Origin: Octopus sinensis
Lineage: Eukaryota
Length of the DNA stretch: 64,000 bases
Assembly (NCBI RefSeq): GCF_006345805.1
Contig: NC_043000.1
Span: 128,588,001-128,652,000, forward strand
Direction: 5' to 3'
A program made the translations under genes and the position numbers. The notes below the pieces were generated by a model. It was not told the origin of the DNA. It searched no databases and worked only from the letters and a program-made list of their open reading frames with translations. Positions 12,690 to 25,991 of this stretch are shown here, piece by piece; the stretch's first letter is position 1; each line of letters begins with the position of its first letter.

Positions 12690-14418
12690 TGCTCAGTGCG
12701 CGCGCGCGTGTTATTACTTTGTCATTTCATGCTAAGACACCATTTTCACTGTACAGAGAGTTTGCGATTTTAGACTTAGTTGCCATTTTCCCATTGCATT
12801 GTATTACACTGATGCTAATGTCATAATACCGTGATTTTTGATCAAGTTTTACATTACTGTAATTTGATATTTGATGTGATGTAGTTTCGATCTTTTGAAA
12901 GAAAAACAATGTTTGAGGAAAATTCATTGTACTAACGGCATTTGAAGACTGTCTTTGCAACGAATCGGAGTTTTCAGAAAAAAAGTACTTTTATATTTAT
13001 CTTCATCTACAACTGAAATTACGTTCGGAAAATGTGACGGTCCTGGACACTTAGATATTAAACACGTTTTTAAACATTGAGGGTATTAGTTAAAATATAT
13101 GAACATTTTGCTAGGGTTTTCATGAATACTTGTATTTATAATAACCGAAGTTCAGCGCCTCGTCAGATGACAGTTAACTTCATTGTTGCATTCTGCTTTA
13201 AAAGGTCTCTCACTCGTTTTAGATGATAATGATACTAGTGCCACGTGATCATGATTTTAGATCAAGTTGCTATTTTTACATTGCAAAGTTGTTATTTTTA
13301 TTTTAGAACAAGTATGAAAAACCTGTAGTATTATGGAAGGATATGTTTCAGGTAAAATTATTATATTGGAATATATTTTTGTTGGCTGATTTAATTAATT
13401 TAAAGCTCTTCTTTTCAATTAATTCTAAATTTCTTAAACAATTTATATTTCTTAATATATCCGTTATTACCTCCAATAAAAGTAATTGTGAACTTTAGAC
13501 GAACACATGCATTGAATTTTATGTATGTGCATCCCTTTAGAAACGGCCGTAGACACCTTTATATTTGACAAAACATTGTAATGACAACATGTTAAACATT
13601 TTGGGTATTAGTTAAAACAGAAAATTGTATGAACGTTCTCTCCAGTTTTAACTTTGAAAAAGTCATGAGAACACTTCACTCATGATTGTTAGTTTGCGAC
13701 TAATTATATAATATACTTTATTTAATTTATACTGTGTTCAACAGTATTGTTGTTTTTATATATTATTTAAAGTATAAGTGTTTAGTCTCAACACTATAAT
13801 ATAAATATCAGTTTATATATGTTTTCTTATAAATAATAATGTGTATTGTATTTATATTTCTAAGCTTTTGGTTTACTTTTATTATATTTGAGAATTTTAA
13901 AAAAATGATTTTATGCTTCCATGTAACCTGATTTATCCGAAAAATTATTATATTATTGTTTAATTGCACAATAACCAAAACCAAGAATATCACTTATAGT
14001 TAATCTATACATCACAGCTGTTTTCTGTGTTGAAATATATTTTGACTCACGTATTAATAATCCTAACTCTGAATATATTTTTTATGAAAATGAACACAGT
14101 AGGTTTTAATTTTATAACAATAATGTATCACCATTATGAGTCATTGTAGATTAATTAAATATAATTCGAATATTTATATGGAAAACAGTCATTATTAATA
14201 TTAAATTTTTAAGAAGACCTTAGGTTTGCGAATAATGTGTATAACGATGAATACATCGTGCACAGTATCATAGTACCAGATTGAGATATGATATCCACAA
14301 GTACTTATATGTGTATTTAGAGGCGCAGGCACACTACGTGCTGGAGTTTGTTTTTGAGTCCAGTCCCAATTCGTAGAACCTTGGGGCTGCTATAACTGAT
14401 CAACTGATCAATATATAT

Positions 14419-14468
<50 letters not shown>

Positions 14469-14512
14469 ATATATAATATATATATATATTATATATATAT
14501 ATATATATATAT

Positions 14513-14553
<41 letters not shown>

Positions 14554-14577
14554 TATAAACATAGACTTGCATACACA

Positions 14578-14790
14578 CACATAAGTGTGTCTTTGTGCTT
14601 CTGTATGTCCCCTCTCCGATTTACAAGCGGTAATGATTTGTTTACGTCCTCTTAACCTAGCGGTTTCGGCAATAGAGACCGATAAAATAAGCACTAGACT
14701 AAAAGAATAAGTACTGGGGACTATTTATTCAACTAAACCCTTCAAGGCAGTGTCCTAATATGACAGTCAGTTCAATGACTGACACAAGCA
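14578..14790 (+). mobile_element. SINE family A, 3' half
   Basis: TAGCGGTTTCGGCAATAGAGACCGATAAAATAAG...AATGACTGACACAAG matches the family A 3' half. Confidence 0.7.
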
Positions 14791-15926
14791 ACTTATAGAA
14801 GATATTCTTTAAATTATATCGGTCTAAAATTGATAATCATGATGCAATCTATATTCACTGTAGGTAATATTTAAACATATTTTGTTGATTTCTGATAGTC
14901 TTTAAGCTGTATTTACAAAACAAAGATTTTTGTACTTGTTCTTCAATAAAGGTTAATGCTTTCGTTAAACTATTAGGGCCACAAATTAAAGGTTTCATAT
15001 AAAAAGAATGTACTAAGTTGATTATCAAATTTAGAAAAATATGCTATAAGCCGCACATTTTCATTAATAAATGGTAGTTAATAGCCAGTAATTGAAATTT
15101 CCATGGCATGGGTTGGACGGTTTGACTTTATTATAATTATAAATACTAATATTGTCCTTCTTCCTGCCCCAAAGAAGGATGTGGCCCAAAAATGCCACTG
15201 AACTTGGTTTAATTTCAAAATTTTCCCAAGTATAAGGATTTACAGCACACTTTGGTTGAACTGTAGAGTTTCGATGCACTCGCCTGACCTCGCCACCGGC
15301 CATATAAGGGCTACTATAATTTTAATTCCCCCTTCCCCCACATCTATGCACGCAATTGATTCCATATTGTCTTTTCAACAATCTTTCCTTAACTGATTAC
15401 CAAAAATGAACACTTATCCATTCCGTGTCCCGTAAGAATGTGACCAGCGCTGATCTCTTGATGTTAATATTAATGAATAATGCTTAAACTATCTAGGGGG
15501 GAAAAAGAAGAAAAAGTGTGTAGGTGATTCTAACATTAATTTTCCTCTGCTCTATAGATTTTAACATATAGCCTTGGCATTTCCTCAATAGGGCTAACAA
15601 GGAATTCCTTGCAGGATGAACAGCACTGTAGACAAAATGGGAATACAGCTGTTGACAATTTTCTTTGTGATTATAGTAGTATCTTCAGTGCTTAGTGATA
15701 GCTATGTAGACCATATTGCAGACGTAGTGATTCTCGTATCCATGAATTGAAGTCAGAGAGAATCAAATACATTCTTACAATCTAACCATAAAGTCAGCAA
15801 ACTTCGAAAATGCTGCGTCCATTTCTTAAGGATGTCTCTGTTAACGAGAAGCTATTCAGTACGGCCCGAAGCACTTTTCTCTTCTGGCTGTTCATAGTCA
15901 TGTATGTATCTATGTATGTTATGGAT

Positions 15927-15994
<68 letters not shown>

Positions 15995-16394
15995 CACACA
16001 CACAGAAGATTTCTCATTAGTTCGACAGATGTTTTTCTCTTTTATCTTTAGCATTATGTTAACGTCTGCTGAACAACTGATGTCTACTGCCGTACACGCT
16101 TACTCATCTCTTTCTCAGATCGCTGTGTCTACTCTGTTAGGTTTACATTTTACAAAGATTTTGACGGTAATATTCCACCTGTAATTTTTCATATTATGGG
16201 TGAGCATACATAACAGTACAATTTCATCACAAAGATTATGATTCTTCTTTTGAGTCAATAAATAATTCAATTTTCATCATTTGCTGACATTTTACTTGCC
16301 TTAAAAACACAATCGCTCGGCAACCATTAACTACGTCCTCTGCTTTCCTCAACTATCTAGTTACATACTCTCAACACTAAGACCACAAACTTGG

Positions 16395-16560
16395 CTAGTA
16401 GCTTTCTGTGAAAGCGTGTCGCCTCATGATTAGGGTATGCAGCCTATCCTTATCACCATCATAAAGTTGTACGTTCAATTCCTGACCTGGCGTCCCGTTG
16501 TGTCATTCAGCAAGACACTTCATTTTACATTGCTCCAGTGTATTCAGTGTATAAGTGCCA
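16395..16560 (+). mobile_element. tRNA-head SINE with CORE-like domain (family D)
   Basis: B-box-like GTTCAATTCC followed by TTGTGTCATTCAGCAAGACACTTCATTTTACATTGCTCCAG; homologous copy at 37735..37880. Confidence 0.6.
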
Positions 16561-16984
16561 TCCGGAAGCTTGTACAGCCCTCTATCAAGTACTGGATATT
16601 CTGCTGAACATAGGGTGGGCAGATCGAGAGGATGTCTACATCTGTTCGCCGCAGCTCAGATACCCAAAACAGTTAGCTAATGAATGGTACATGTTATCAA
16701 ACACACCCGTTCGCGAGTAACAGGTGGTTGTACTACTGTTTTTCATTTTTCAGAACCTAGCACGACACACCAACCATCCCTTTGGATTACCATTCCTATA
16801 AACAACGATCTATCAAGGTTGAAGCTGAAGATTAGCTGTGAATGCATCAGGGTTTAAATTGACTTATCTATCATTGGAGTAAATTCATCTGTAGGACTTC
16901 ACGCTGTTCGCAATGATGAATAACCTTTCGTTGCCAGAAAAGACAACGGAATGGTCTCAGCATTGAATAAACTTAGATAAACTT

Positions 16985-17045
16985 AGATATGTTTCGACCA
17001 AAGATTGGTCCAGGCCATGTCTAACTTAATAGCACCACCTGATAT
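16985..17045 (-). mobile_element. Orphan 3' tail related to the CR1-like LINE at 39650..41350
   Basis: Minus strand CAGGTGGTGCTATTAAGTTAGACATGGCC...ATCTAAGTTT versus CAGGTGGTGCTATTGAGTTAGTCATAGCCAATCTAAGTTT at ~41310-41350. Confidence 0.6.
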
Positions 17046-17231
17046 GGTTGTTTACGTATATTTCTACATATGCATAATATGAAGATCTCTGATTACTGAT
17101 CAGTAATCAGATAATTCATACTTGTAGCCTACCTAGAAACTCAGAGTGTTGTATGTAATTCTTCCATGTTTGTATTATATATAAAATATATTCCTATAAC
17201 TCAAGTTATCCTTATGTACATGTACATGTGC

Positions 17232-17262
<31 letters not shown>

Positions 17263-17317
17263 TGTATGTATGTATGTATGTATGTATGTATGTATGTAGA
17301 TAGATAAATAGTTGTAT

Positions 17318-17545
17318 ATCTCTGGTCTTTTGTCTTTTGCTTATTTCAGTCATTAGACTGTGGCCATGCTGGGGCACCGCCTTGAATTTTTAGTAGAGTG
17401 AATCGAACACAGTGCTTATTTTTTTAAACCCGGAGACTTATTCTATCGTTTTCCTTTGCCGAACAGTGTTTACAGTGACGCAAACACACCCACACCGGTT
17501 GTAAAGTGGTGGTGGTGGTGGGGAGACACACAGGCACAAAGACAC
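17318..17545 (-). mobile_element. SINE family A, 3' half
   Basis: Reverse complement of the family A tail (TTTCAGTCATTAGACTGTGGCCATGCTGGGGCACCGCC). Confidence 0.75.
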
Positions 17546-18004
17546 GCACTCCTAGATTATATATATATATACACACACACATACACCATATGTTACATAT
17601 CTATTATATCATACCTTGATACTGTGTGGACTAAGATCCCCGCTGACAGGCTGCTGGTATTTATAGTGTTAAACACTTTCGATATGAAAATTAGGGACCC
17701 CTTTATAGAGTAACCGCAGTATTCGTTGAGTATATAAACAGTTTGGCTGGGGACTGTCAGAATGATGTAGACGCCTAAGATGAGGACCCAATAAGGTTCG
17801 AAAATCGATTGTTCATAATTTTTTTCAGGAGAAACGGCTAAAAATCTGCCCTGTTTATAATTATACAATATGTTGTATATATATATGACAGGCTTCTTTC
17901 AGTTTCTGTCTTCCGTCAGTTTCAGTTTTCCGAGGTTATTGTAGTAGATACTTGCCCAAGGTTCCACTCGGTGAGACTAAACCCGGAAACATGTGTGTAT
18001 ACAA

Positions 18005-18055
<51 letters not shown>

Positions 18056-18085
18056 TTTATACCTGTATAAGTAGCTGATATATAT

Positions 18086-18440
18086 AAGGCGCATGCGTGG
18101 CTGTGTGGTAAGAAGCTTGCTTCCCAAGGCGGCGAGCTGGCTGAATCGTTAGCACGCCGGGCGAAATGCGTAGCCGTATTTCGTCTGCCGTTACGTTCTG
18201 AGTTCAAATTCCGCCGAGGTCGACTTGCCTTTCCTTTCGGGGTCGATAAATTAAGTACCAGTTACGCACAGGGGTCGATGTAATCGACTTAATCCCTTTT
18301 TCTGTCCTTGTTTGTTTCCTCTGTGTTTAGCCCCTTGTGGGCAATAAAGAAATAAGAAGCTTGCTTCCCAACCACATGTTTCCGGGTTCAGTCTCACTGA
18401 GTGGCACCCTGGGCAAGTGCCTTCTACGATAGTCTCGAAA
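18086..18440 (+). mobile_element. SINE family A head interrupted by a family B insertion
   Basis: AGGCGCATGCGTGGCTGTGTGGTAAGAAGCTTGCTTCCCA resumes as ACCACATGTTTCCGGGTTCAG after 18370. Confidence 0.85.
18127..18352 (+). mobile_element. SINE family B (tRNA-derived), full-length with 18-bp TSD
   Basis: Head AGGCGGCGAGCTGG...GTTCAAATTCC; central CCTTTCGGGGTCGATAAATTAAGTACCAG; TSD TAAGAAGCTTGCTTCCCA at 18109-18126 and 18353-18370. Confidence 0.92.
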
Positions 18441-18669
18441 AACCATATATATACAGTGCATTCAAGTACCCGAACTTAATTTCTTGATCGATAATTGAGA
18501 AAATACTTTATCTGTCATGAATGCAACTTTCTCATATCTAATTCATTCCGCAGTAGAGCGGCTTTCAGTGCAAAGTTATGTGAATTATTATCAGATTTAT
18601 TAATATCTATCAAAGTTGCTATCTAGTTTTTCCTTATTGTTAAAAACTACTTGGTAGTTATTACTTTGT

Positions 18670-18715
<46 letters not shown>

Positions 18716-19289
18716 ATTCGTAATTAAATGCATACACAACCATGCATAGCATAGTTGTCGATCATTGTTTTCCCCTACCTTATTCTTCTATTTTGTTTAG
18801 GGTATGGTGGTGTTTAATACGTTTGCCTCGCAATTTTAAGATAGCATTTGCAACCATTTTTGATATAGCTAATTTTAGATCTCGCTTTTGTAATTTGCTG
18901 CAAATTTTAGATTTCATATCCTAATATTCTTTCTGTCTATCAATGGCGTTATGATTGTGATAAGACCTATTATTGTTATTTTCCCCTCATTTGTATTCCT
19001 TTAATTTTAATTTCAATAAATACTCAGATGCACGGGTAGACGACATTAATTGATAGTTTTCTTTTGTAAGAAACGTTGCAGTGCACTCTATCTTCTAGAA
19101 ACAGCACCCAAATTGTTTTAAAATTACACTGCAATGTATTTGAAGCGGGAGGCACACAATGAGTAATGTTGTCCTAGCTGTGTGAAACCTGTATTCGAAA
19201 GAAAGACAAGATGACCGTAGCTGGAATATCTTTGATAATAAGCTTGTTCCTTCGGAGTTCACCTCAGGTGAAACAACAACAAAACAATA

Positions 19290-20080
19290 ACAGTTATGTG
19301 GTGTTAGTGAGTCGACTAAACTGACTCGCAAAATTTGTTCCGACTAAGGCTGCGAGCTGGTAGAAACGTTAGCATGCTGGATGAAATGCTTAGCCGTATT
19401 TCGTCTGCCGTTACGTTCTGAGTTCAAATTCCGCCGAGATCGACTTTGCCTTTCATCCTTTCGGAGTCGATAAATTAAGTACCAGTTACGCACTGGGGTC
19501 GGTATAGTCGACTTAATCCGTTTGTCTGTCCCTGTTTGTCCTCTCTGTGTTTAGCCCCTTGTGGGTAGTAAAGAAATAGTTAATTCGTCTGCCGTTACGT
19601 TCTGAGTTCAAATTCCGCCGAGGTCGACTTTGCTTTTCATCCTTTCGGGGTCAATAAATTAAGTACCAGTTGTGTGCTGGGGTCGGTCTAATCGACTGCC
19701 CCACCCACCAAAATTTCGGGCCTTCTGCCTAGAGTAGAAAAGAATATTTGTTCCGACTGCCTGTGTTCTGAGTTCAATTCCAGCCGGGGTCGATTTTGTA
19801 ACTCGTCCTTTCGGGCTCGATGAATATATTACCAATCCAGAGTTGATGTTTCGGCAGTACTGAAAGACCGTTGGACCTAATAACTTATTGTAATTGTTTC
19901 GGCTTGTTGCTGCTCTGAGTTTAAATCCTACCAGAGTCAACTATGCCTTTATCCTTTCGGGGCTCGAAAGAGTGTTGGATTGGCAGTACTGAGAAAATGT
20001 CGGGCCCGAGATTTTACGGCATTTGTTCCTGCTCTTTGAGTTTTGGGTTCAAATATTGCTATGGCCTACTTGGCTGATAA
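19290..20080 (+). mobile_element. Cluster of about five nested or tandem family B SINE units
   Basis: GTTCTGAGTT(C/T)AA-like motif recurs five times with decreasing identity; 13-bp TSD ATTTGTTCCGACT at 19333-19345 and 19746-19758. Confidence 0.85.
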
Positions 20081-21170
20081 ATTTTTTCCGTTGTCCGGTT
20101 TAACATCACCACTTTCCACTTTATGCATGTGATAGGGGACCACATGTGAACTTGTATTCCTACTAAAATTCCGAACATGAACTCTACATCCCAACGGCGA
20201 ATGAACGACTACGCCTACGGTATTCGCACTGTCCGTCACGCTTGCTCTTTCAGAGTGGCGTTTGTCAGATTTGCAAGCTAGAATTTTGGGCCGCAGACAG
20301 TAGACAGCCTCGACTGCAGCTGACCGCCGGAGGTAGTCAGCATTCGTGGGAGACGTGGTGAACTCATTAGTGGAAGTCGGTTCAATCCATCTCGGGTGAA
20401 TTCCGCCGCAAGTACATGTAGAAAGTACTTTCTAATTTAGGATGTTTATAGCACCCTCCAATGAGCTGCAAATACTGAAGCTAGGTCTCGTTTTGAGGAG
20501 GTCTTGCAAATGTCGTATGCAATGACCCATACCCACTGACTAAAAGTTGAAGAAAAAATATATTTGCTTATATCATTGTTAATTTCTGGGTTTTATATCA
20601 CGCAGTTGTTGACTCTGCTTTACATTCTTTCTTGGCTGATACAAGTATTATCAGTAATATACAACATTTCCCTCTTTCAAAATATGTGGCCCTGGTTATA
20701 TACTGGTGATACTGTCTGTTAATTAGCAATCGAAAACCTTATAACTGTATTCAAGCTTCGAAAGTGTGAAAACAGACATATTTTCTGTTGTAACAAGGCT
20801 GACAAATGCATCTGTCTGCTTAAGCACCAGTAATATGCTGCAGTTGCGTCAGTCAATTATACTCTCTCCTATATTTAGTTGCTAAAAATATACACAAACT
20901 TGATTAATAAACTTAAATTAAACAGGAAATTAATTAATCTCGTTGCTGTTGTTTATTCTCATTTTAATTGTAATTGACTAGACTTATAATCGACGACGTT
21001 CCAACTGTGGCCAGCTCATCTTCATCTTATACATAATATATTCAGGATTACATTAAACAATATGATTTTCTTTCCTTTGTAAGGTAGTAAACTGTGGTTT
21101 GTGATAGATTTGACTATTCATTTTTATCTTTAATTCAAGAGGGAAGTTAGTATTCATGACCCTTTTGCAG

Positions 21171-21301
21171 GGCCTCTAAGACTGGTTGGTGGGAGAGGAG
21201 AGGTATCCTCAATCGAAGACCTGGCACAAATGCTTGCTACTCATTGGAACTTCCTTAAAGATCCCAAAGTGCCACATGGTAGTGTTAAACTGGATGACAG
21301 A
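21171..21301 (+). other. Candidate internal exon (131 nt), unidentified product
   Basis: Acceptor CCTTTTGCAG, donor AGA|GTAAGT, open frame PLRLVGGRGEVSSIEDLAQMLATHWNFLKDPKVPHGSVKLDDR. It abuts and may partly derive from a degenerate minus-strand family B SINE. Confidence 0.25.
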
Positions 21302-21731
21302 GTAAGTCTACTACCCAAGTAAGTCAAAGTGGAATTTGAACTCACGATGCAAACAGAACAGATACCACAAGGTATCCATTTGGACATTCTTACAGTTTTA
21401 TAAATCCGTCACCTTAGATTGTTACATCTTTTTCATCGACCTTGAAAGAATGACTGCAAAAATGATCTTGGCTGGAGTCAAATTGAGAATGAAGTCTCTT
21501 CGTTTGCCCAAATAAAGCTAGTACTTTCATAATTTCAAATACATTTGAACAACACCGCAGGCCTTCCAGCGAGACATGCTTGACAACAAGGTCCTTTATG
21601 AAGTACATTTACCTCCTTAGTCTTCTATACAACTCTTCCGTCTCCGATAAGAAGTCAATGTCAATCTGTCTTATCAAAAGGGCATAAAAACTTCATTGCA
21701 GGTGTGGCCAACACTTGCAGTTAGAGTTAGA

Positions 21732-21823
21732 AAGAGAGAGAGAAAAAGAGAGAGAGAGAGAGAGAGAGAAGAAGAAGAAGAAAGAAGAAGAAGAAGAAGA
21801 AGAAGAAGAAGAAAGAAGAAGAA

Positions 21824-21859
<36 letters not shown>
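21732..21859. repeat. Compound (AG)n-(AAG)n-(ACG)n microsatellite
   Basis: Direct reading. Confidence 0.95.
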
Positions 21860-24614
21860 TCATATGTACAAGCCAGTTTAAGTTTTTCTTTCTTCTAAAT
21901 ATAATCATTTAATTTCGAGACATTGGAGGAAAATTTTCTTCTACAATGAATAAAAGATGCAACTATTTCCCGTATAAAAGTAAAAGCTTTTTTTAACAAG
22001 CACAAATAGCCTTTATTATTGTTGCTGTTTAGCTTCAGGTCAGCCCTGGTCAAGTACACATAGTTCAATGGCATTCCAACCATGACCATCACTTAGTATT
22101 TTCAAACTCAACCTTATCCGATGTTCTTTATTTCTATAAGCGGCATGGTGTGACTTAAATGGAATTTAATTTCCAACTAGTAAAATGCTCATGTTGGTTC
22201 GAATGCCTTCATTTTTGGGATGTCTAGAGATACATGAGTTACACCGATTTATACGCCTTTTTCCAAGGTATACTATGAAATGTGAAGTCTGTTATAATTT
22301 CATTCATATCTATGATGCATTATTAGAGTATTAGATCTCCCTCCGGACTTGACTGTTGAAGACCTCTGCAGGTTTGAATTCTGAACAAAAAGAGTTGTAG
22401 CTGCATTCTCCGGTCATTTTGTTTCTAACAATTCTATAAATTGAAATAGAAATCATAATCGCTTCCTGCTTTCAAGTCATTTGCTTTGTTGGAGTGTCAG
22501 TCACCGCCATCAGCTTAGCAAAAATTTACCGCCTACGTGCTTACTAAAGCGATACTCATTTGCTTTCCAATATAGCAGCCATATTGTTTGTTCGGCGTGC
22601 AAAATGCCTAGAGTTATTTAGTCCTGAGTTCAAGTTCTTTGGCAGCCGTTTTTGCTTTTCATTCCTTTTAGTTCGATTAATCGGTTGGCTATCCCTTATT
22701 CAATGTTTCTGGTCCTATGTGAAAGCATGATTGTGTTTGTGAAGTTCACTTCGGTTTCGGTTACAATATCCCTGCAGTTTCTTCTACTATGGCACCCTGG
22801 GCAATTTCTTCTATGGCTTTAGACTGATAAAGTTTTGTAGATGAAATTTAATACATTGTGGAAATTTGGTAAACTGTATAGGAAAATTTGGTAAATAGAA
22901 ACCTGTGGGAAAGACCGTTACTGCTCTTGGATGATACACTCAGTCTACCACCCATTTTTCACCATCACTACATGGTCTTTGGATGATTTTCCTAGAATCC
23001 ACTCTGTTGCAAGCATTCAGGCTGTATTTCCGGTTTCACTATATCTGTTGCCTTTTCCCCCACTAGTCATGGCGACATTGAAAAGTGTCAAGGGCGTTCT
23101 GTTCCTCTCCTGACTAAGCCATTACAAAACAAAAAGAAAACGTGAAAATAGAAATCACACTTTTAAAAACATGTTTTATAAATAAGATCAAAGTCAAGTA
23201 CCACCACCACTACTACTACCACTACTCCTACCACTGCTATCCATGAGTATATTATGTAAGCCACACACGTTTCAATGTATCTCTGAGCAGGGTAACTGAA
23301 TTTAAACCAATTTCATTTCACCTTGTGTTATTTAATAGAGTCACTCATGTCAATTAAATAACCTAAAGAAAAGCAAAGAAAATAAAGGGTTCCATTCTAA
23401 TACATTTTCTGAAGTCGTTTAGCTACACTTACAACCTGTTTATATGTTGGTCTGTCATAATTTTCAAGACAAAGCTTTAGTTATTGATAGTCGTTAAAGC
23501 CTTGCCTGGATGCATACAACCTGCCTTTGATAATCTTAACATCAATTATAAAGCATACGTTTGTTCGCGTGTATGTGTGTCCTATTTTAAAGTAGACTTA
23601 ACAGACGAATGATTTGATTTATCTGTTCAACTTTTGAAATATGAGCTTCTTCACTTAATTCATTTTCAATTTTTTTTCCACGATGGTCTTCCCACCTTCT
23701 GAAGCTGTTTATGTTGAGATTCTTACAGGTTTCATAGCAGTAGATCGAATGATACCATTTCATTGTGTGATATCGCGACATATTTTGATAACGCCGGGGG
23801 TTACATTTCGACCGAGTATTACAAGAAGTTACAAGTTGATGAATGGTCTTTGATGCAGTCACTTAACCTGGTAGAAATAACAGCCAAATTTTCCTCAATA
23901 CTTGGGTGATAGAATTAAACTGCCTACCGTTGTGCATCACCACCTGATTCATGGATATCTTCAGCGGAAATAACTCAGTTGAAAGCATTCAGACAGGACT
24001 CCTTTCTGGAGATGACCACCATTCTTCACTTTTAGAAGCCATTAAAAAGTTCGTAGTCACTGTTCTTCTGACTCTGACTAAGTGACAAAAACAAAGATAC
24101 AGACCCTACTGTCTTTTGAAAAAGACCATTTTGAAGAATGCACTTCTACACGAGCTAAAGAAGGAAGGGTCATATCTGGACGCCTTTGACCCAAAGTCTG
24201 TCTTATAAGCACTGACTTGAAGCCAAACAATCCTCAGGAGTTACGAACCAAAAATGAGGCTTTATGCAGCCGCTTATAATAACTAAATGCTCGCCTAATT
24301 TTATCAACTTCTTATCTTTTCCTGGAAAACTCCCTGAAAGATTTAATCGAACAAATAGGCCCCAGTAATTATTTTAAAGTCTGATATTTATTCTATTTAT
24401 TGTTTTTGCCGAGCTTCCGAATAACAGGGACGGAAACAAAACCATCAGCAGTTATCACGCATGCGAGGTAGACAAACACATAGACACACACACACGCGCG
24501 CCCACACACACTCTCTCTCTCATATACACATGTACGTACGTACACACATGCATGCATGCATACATACATACATACATACATACATACATACATACATACA
24601 TACATACATACATA

Positions 24615-25292
24615 CATGGTTACTGGTCGTTGCTCCATCTTCACAGACGATTGCTGTCGTCTTGTGCTCCACGTTGTTAGTAGCATTTCTGATTTCCGTC
24701 CATGACCTCTGTGATCCCGTAGTAGATCTGGATGGTTTGAAGTATAGGTTACAGACGAAAGTTGTAACTTTCTGCGCACAACCAATTGGTTAGATCTGCA
24801 TACGTTGCCACTCTTCTATCTCTATTGGACTTCCAGTAGATGGAATGACATCTATAGATATCTGTAAAGAGATATCTACGTCACTGGATTACAGTGATAA
24901 ACGCTTGTACAACACAAATACCACTGTCCGAGTCTCGGTGATTAATACCTAGTGACAGATCGAAGTGAGATGAGCAGTAATCACAAGAAATCACAGTGTC
25001 CTTTTCCTAGAAGGATGCTGTGATAACAGCTAGGGATCCCTCACGCCTGGTGGTTTTACTGTGGTCCCTGACACCAACCGTTGGTATTTCTGCCTCCCCG
25101 CACTCAAAGGAATTGTCATCACTTATGCTAGTAAACCCACTGGTACTATGTAGTGCTACTACTCCGGGTCAGAGTAAACCCAGGAACAATAATGGTTAAG
25201 AGATAGTTCAACATCCTTCAAAACCCGGAAACTGCTGAGCAAGAGCTTTACTATTCAATGCAGGTTAAAGTCAGACCCAGGACATAGATACC
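24615..25292 (-). mobile_element. Family C interspersed repeat (probable non-autonomous RTE-derived element), copy 1
   Basis: Collinear with 61290..61915: CACAGCAT(C)CTTCTAGG, CATCTCACTTCG, GAAGAGTGGCAACGTATGCAGA, GAGGTCATGG, TCTGTGAAGATGGAG. Confidence 0.75.
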
Positions 25293-25293
25293 T

Positions 25294-25570
25294 GCCTACC
25301 TACATATCTACCTACCTACCTACCTACCTACCTACCTACCTACCTACCTACCTACCTACCTACCTACCTACCTACCTACCTACTTACCTACCTACCTACC
25401 TACCTACCTATCTACCTACCTACCTACCTACCTACCTACCTACCTACCTACCTACATACCTACTTACCTACCTACCTACCTACCTACCTACCTACCTACC
25501 TACCTACCAACCAACCTACCTATATACTTACCTACCTACATACCTACCTGCCTGCCTGCCTGCCTGCCTG

Positions 25571-25663
<93 letters not shown>

Positions 25664-25695
25664 GTACCGGTTTGTCTGTCTGTATGTATGTATAT
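25294..25695. repeat. Compound tetranucleotide array (TACC)n-(TGCC)n-(TATC)n-(TGTC)n-(TGTA)n
   Basis: Direct reading. Confidence 0.95.
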
Positions 25696-25960
25696 CTGAC
25701 GAGTTTCCATGCAGTTTCCACCTGTCATATTCACTCTCAAAGCATTGGTCGGTTTGGGGTGTAATATTGTACAAGAAAAACATTTGCCCAAAGTGTCGTG
25801 CAGTGGAACTGAAAACGAAACCTCGTGATTAAAAAGCATTCTATTTTCACAGACCTAAATTATCGAAAATGCAAGTCGAACAAGATGTGAAAGAATTAGT
25901 ACAGGTAGAAAAACGAAAGTAGTTTTCACAGTGAGAAGCGGAAGAGAGAGAGAGAGAAAA

Positions 25961-25991
<31 letters not shown>

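Noticed and set aside
15064-15303. 79-aa minus-strand ORF
   Set aside because: No recognisable domain or flanking splice sites.
18127-18215. tRNA gene (A/B-box-like motifs in SINE heads)
   Set aside because: No cloverleaf can be formed; these are tRNA-derived SINE heads followed by SINE bodies.
21693-21912. Poly-E/R/T/S ORFs resembling low-complexity protein
   Set aside because: Compound AG/AAG/ACG microsatellite open in several frames on both strands; no splice context.
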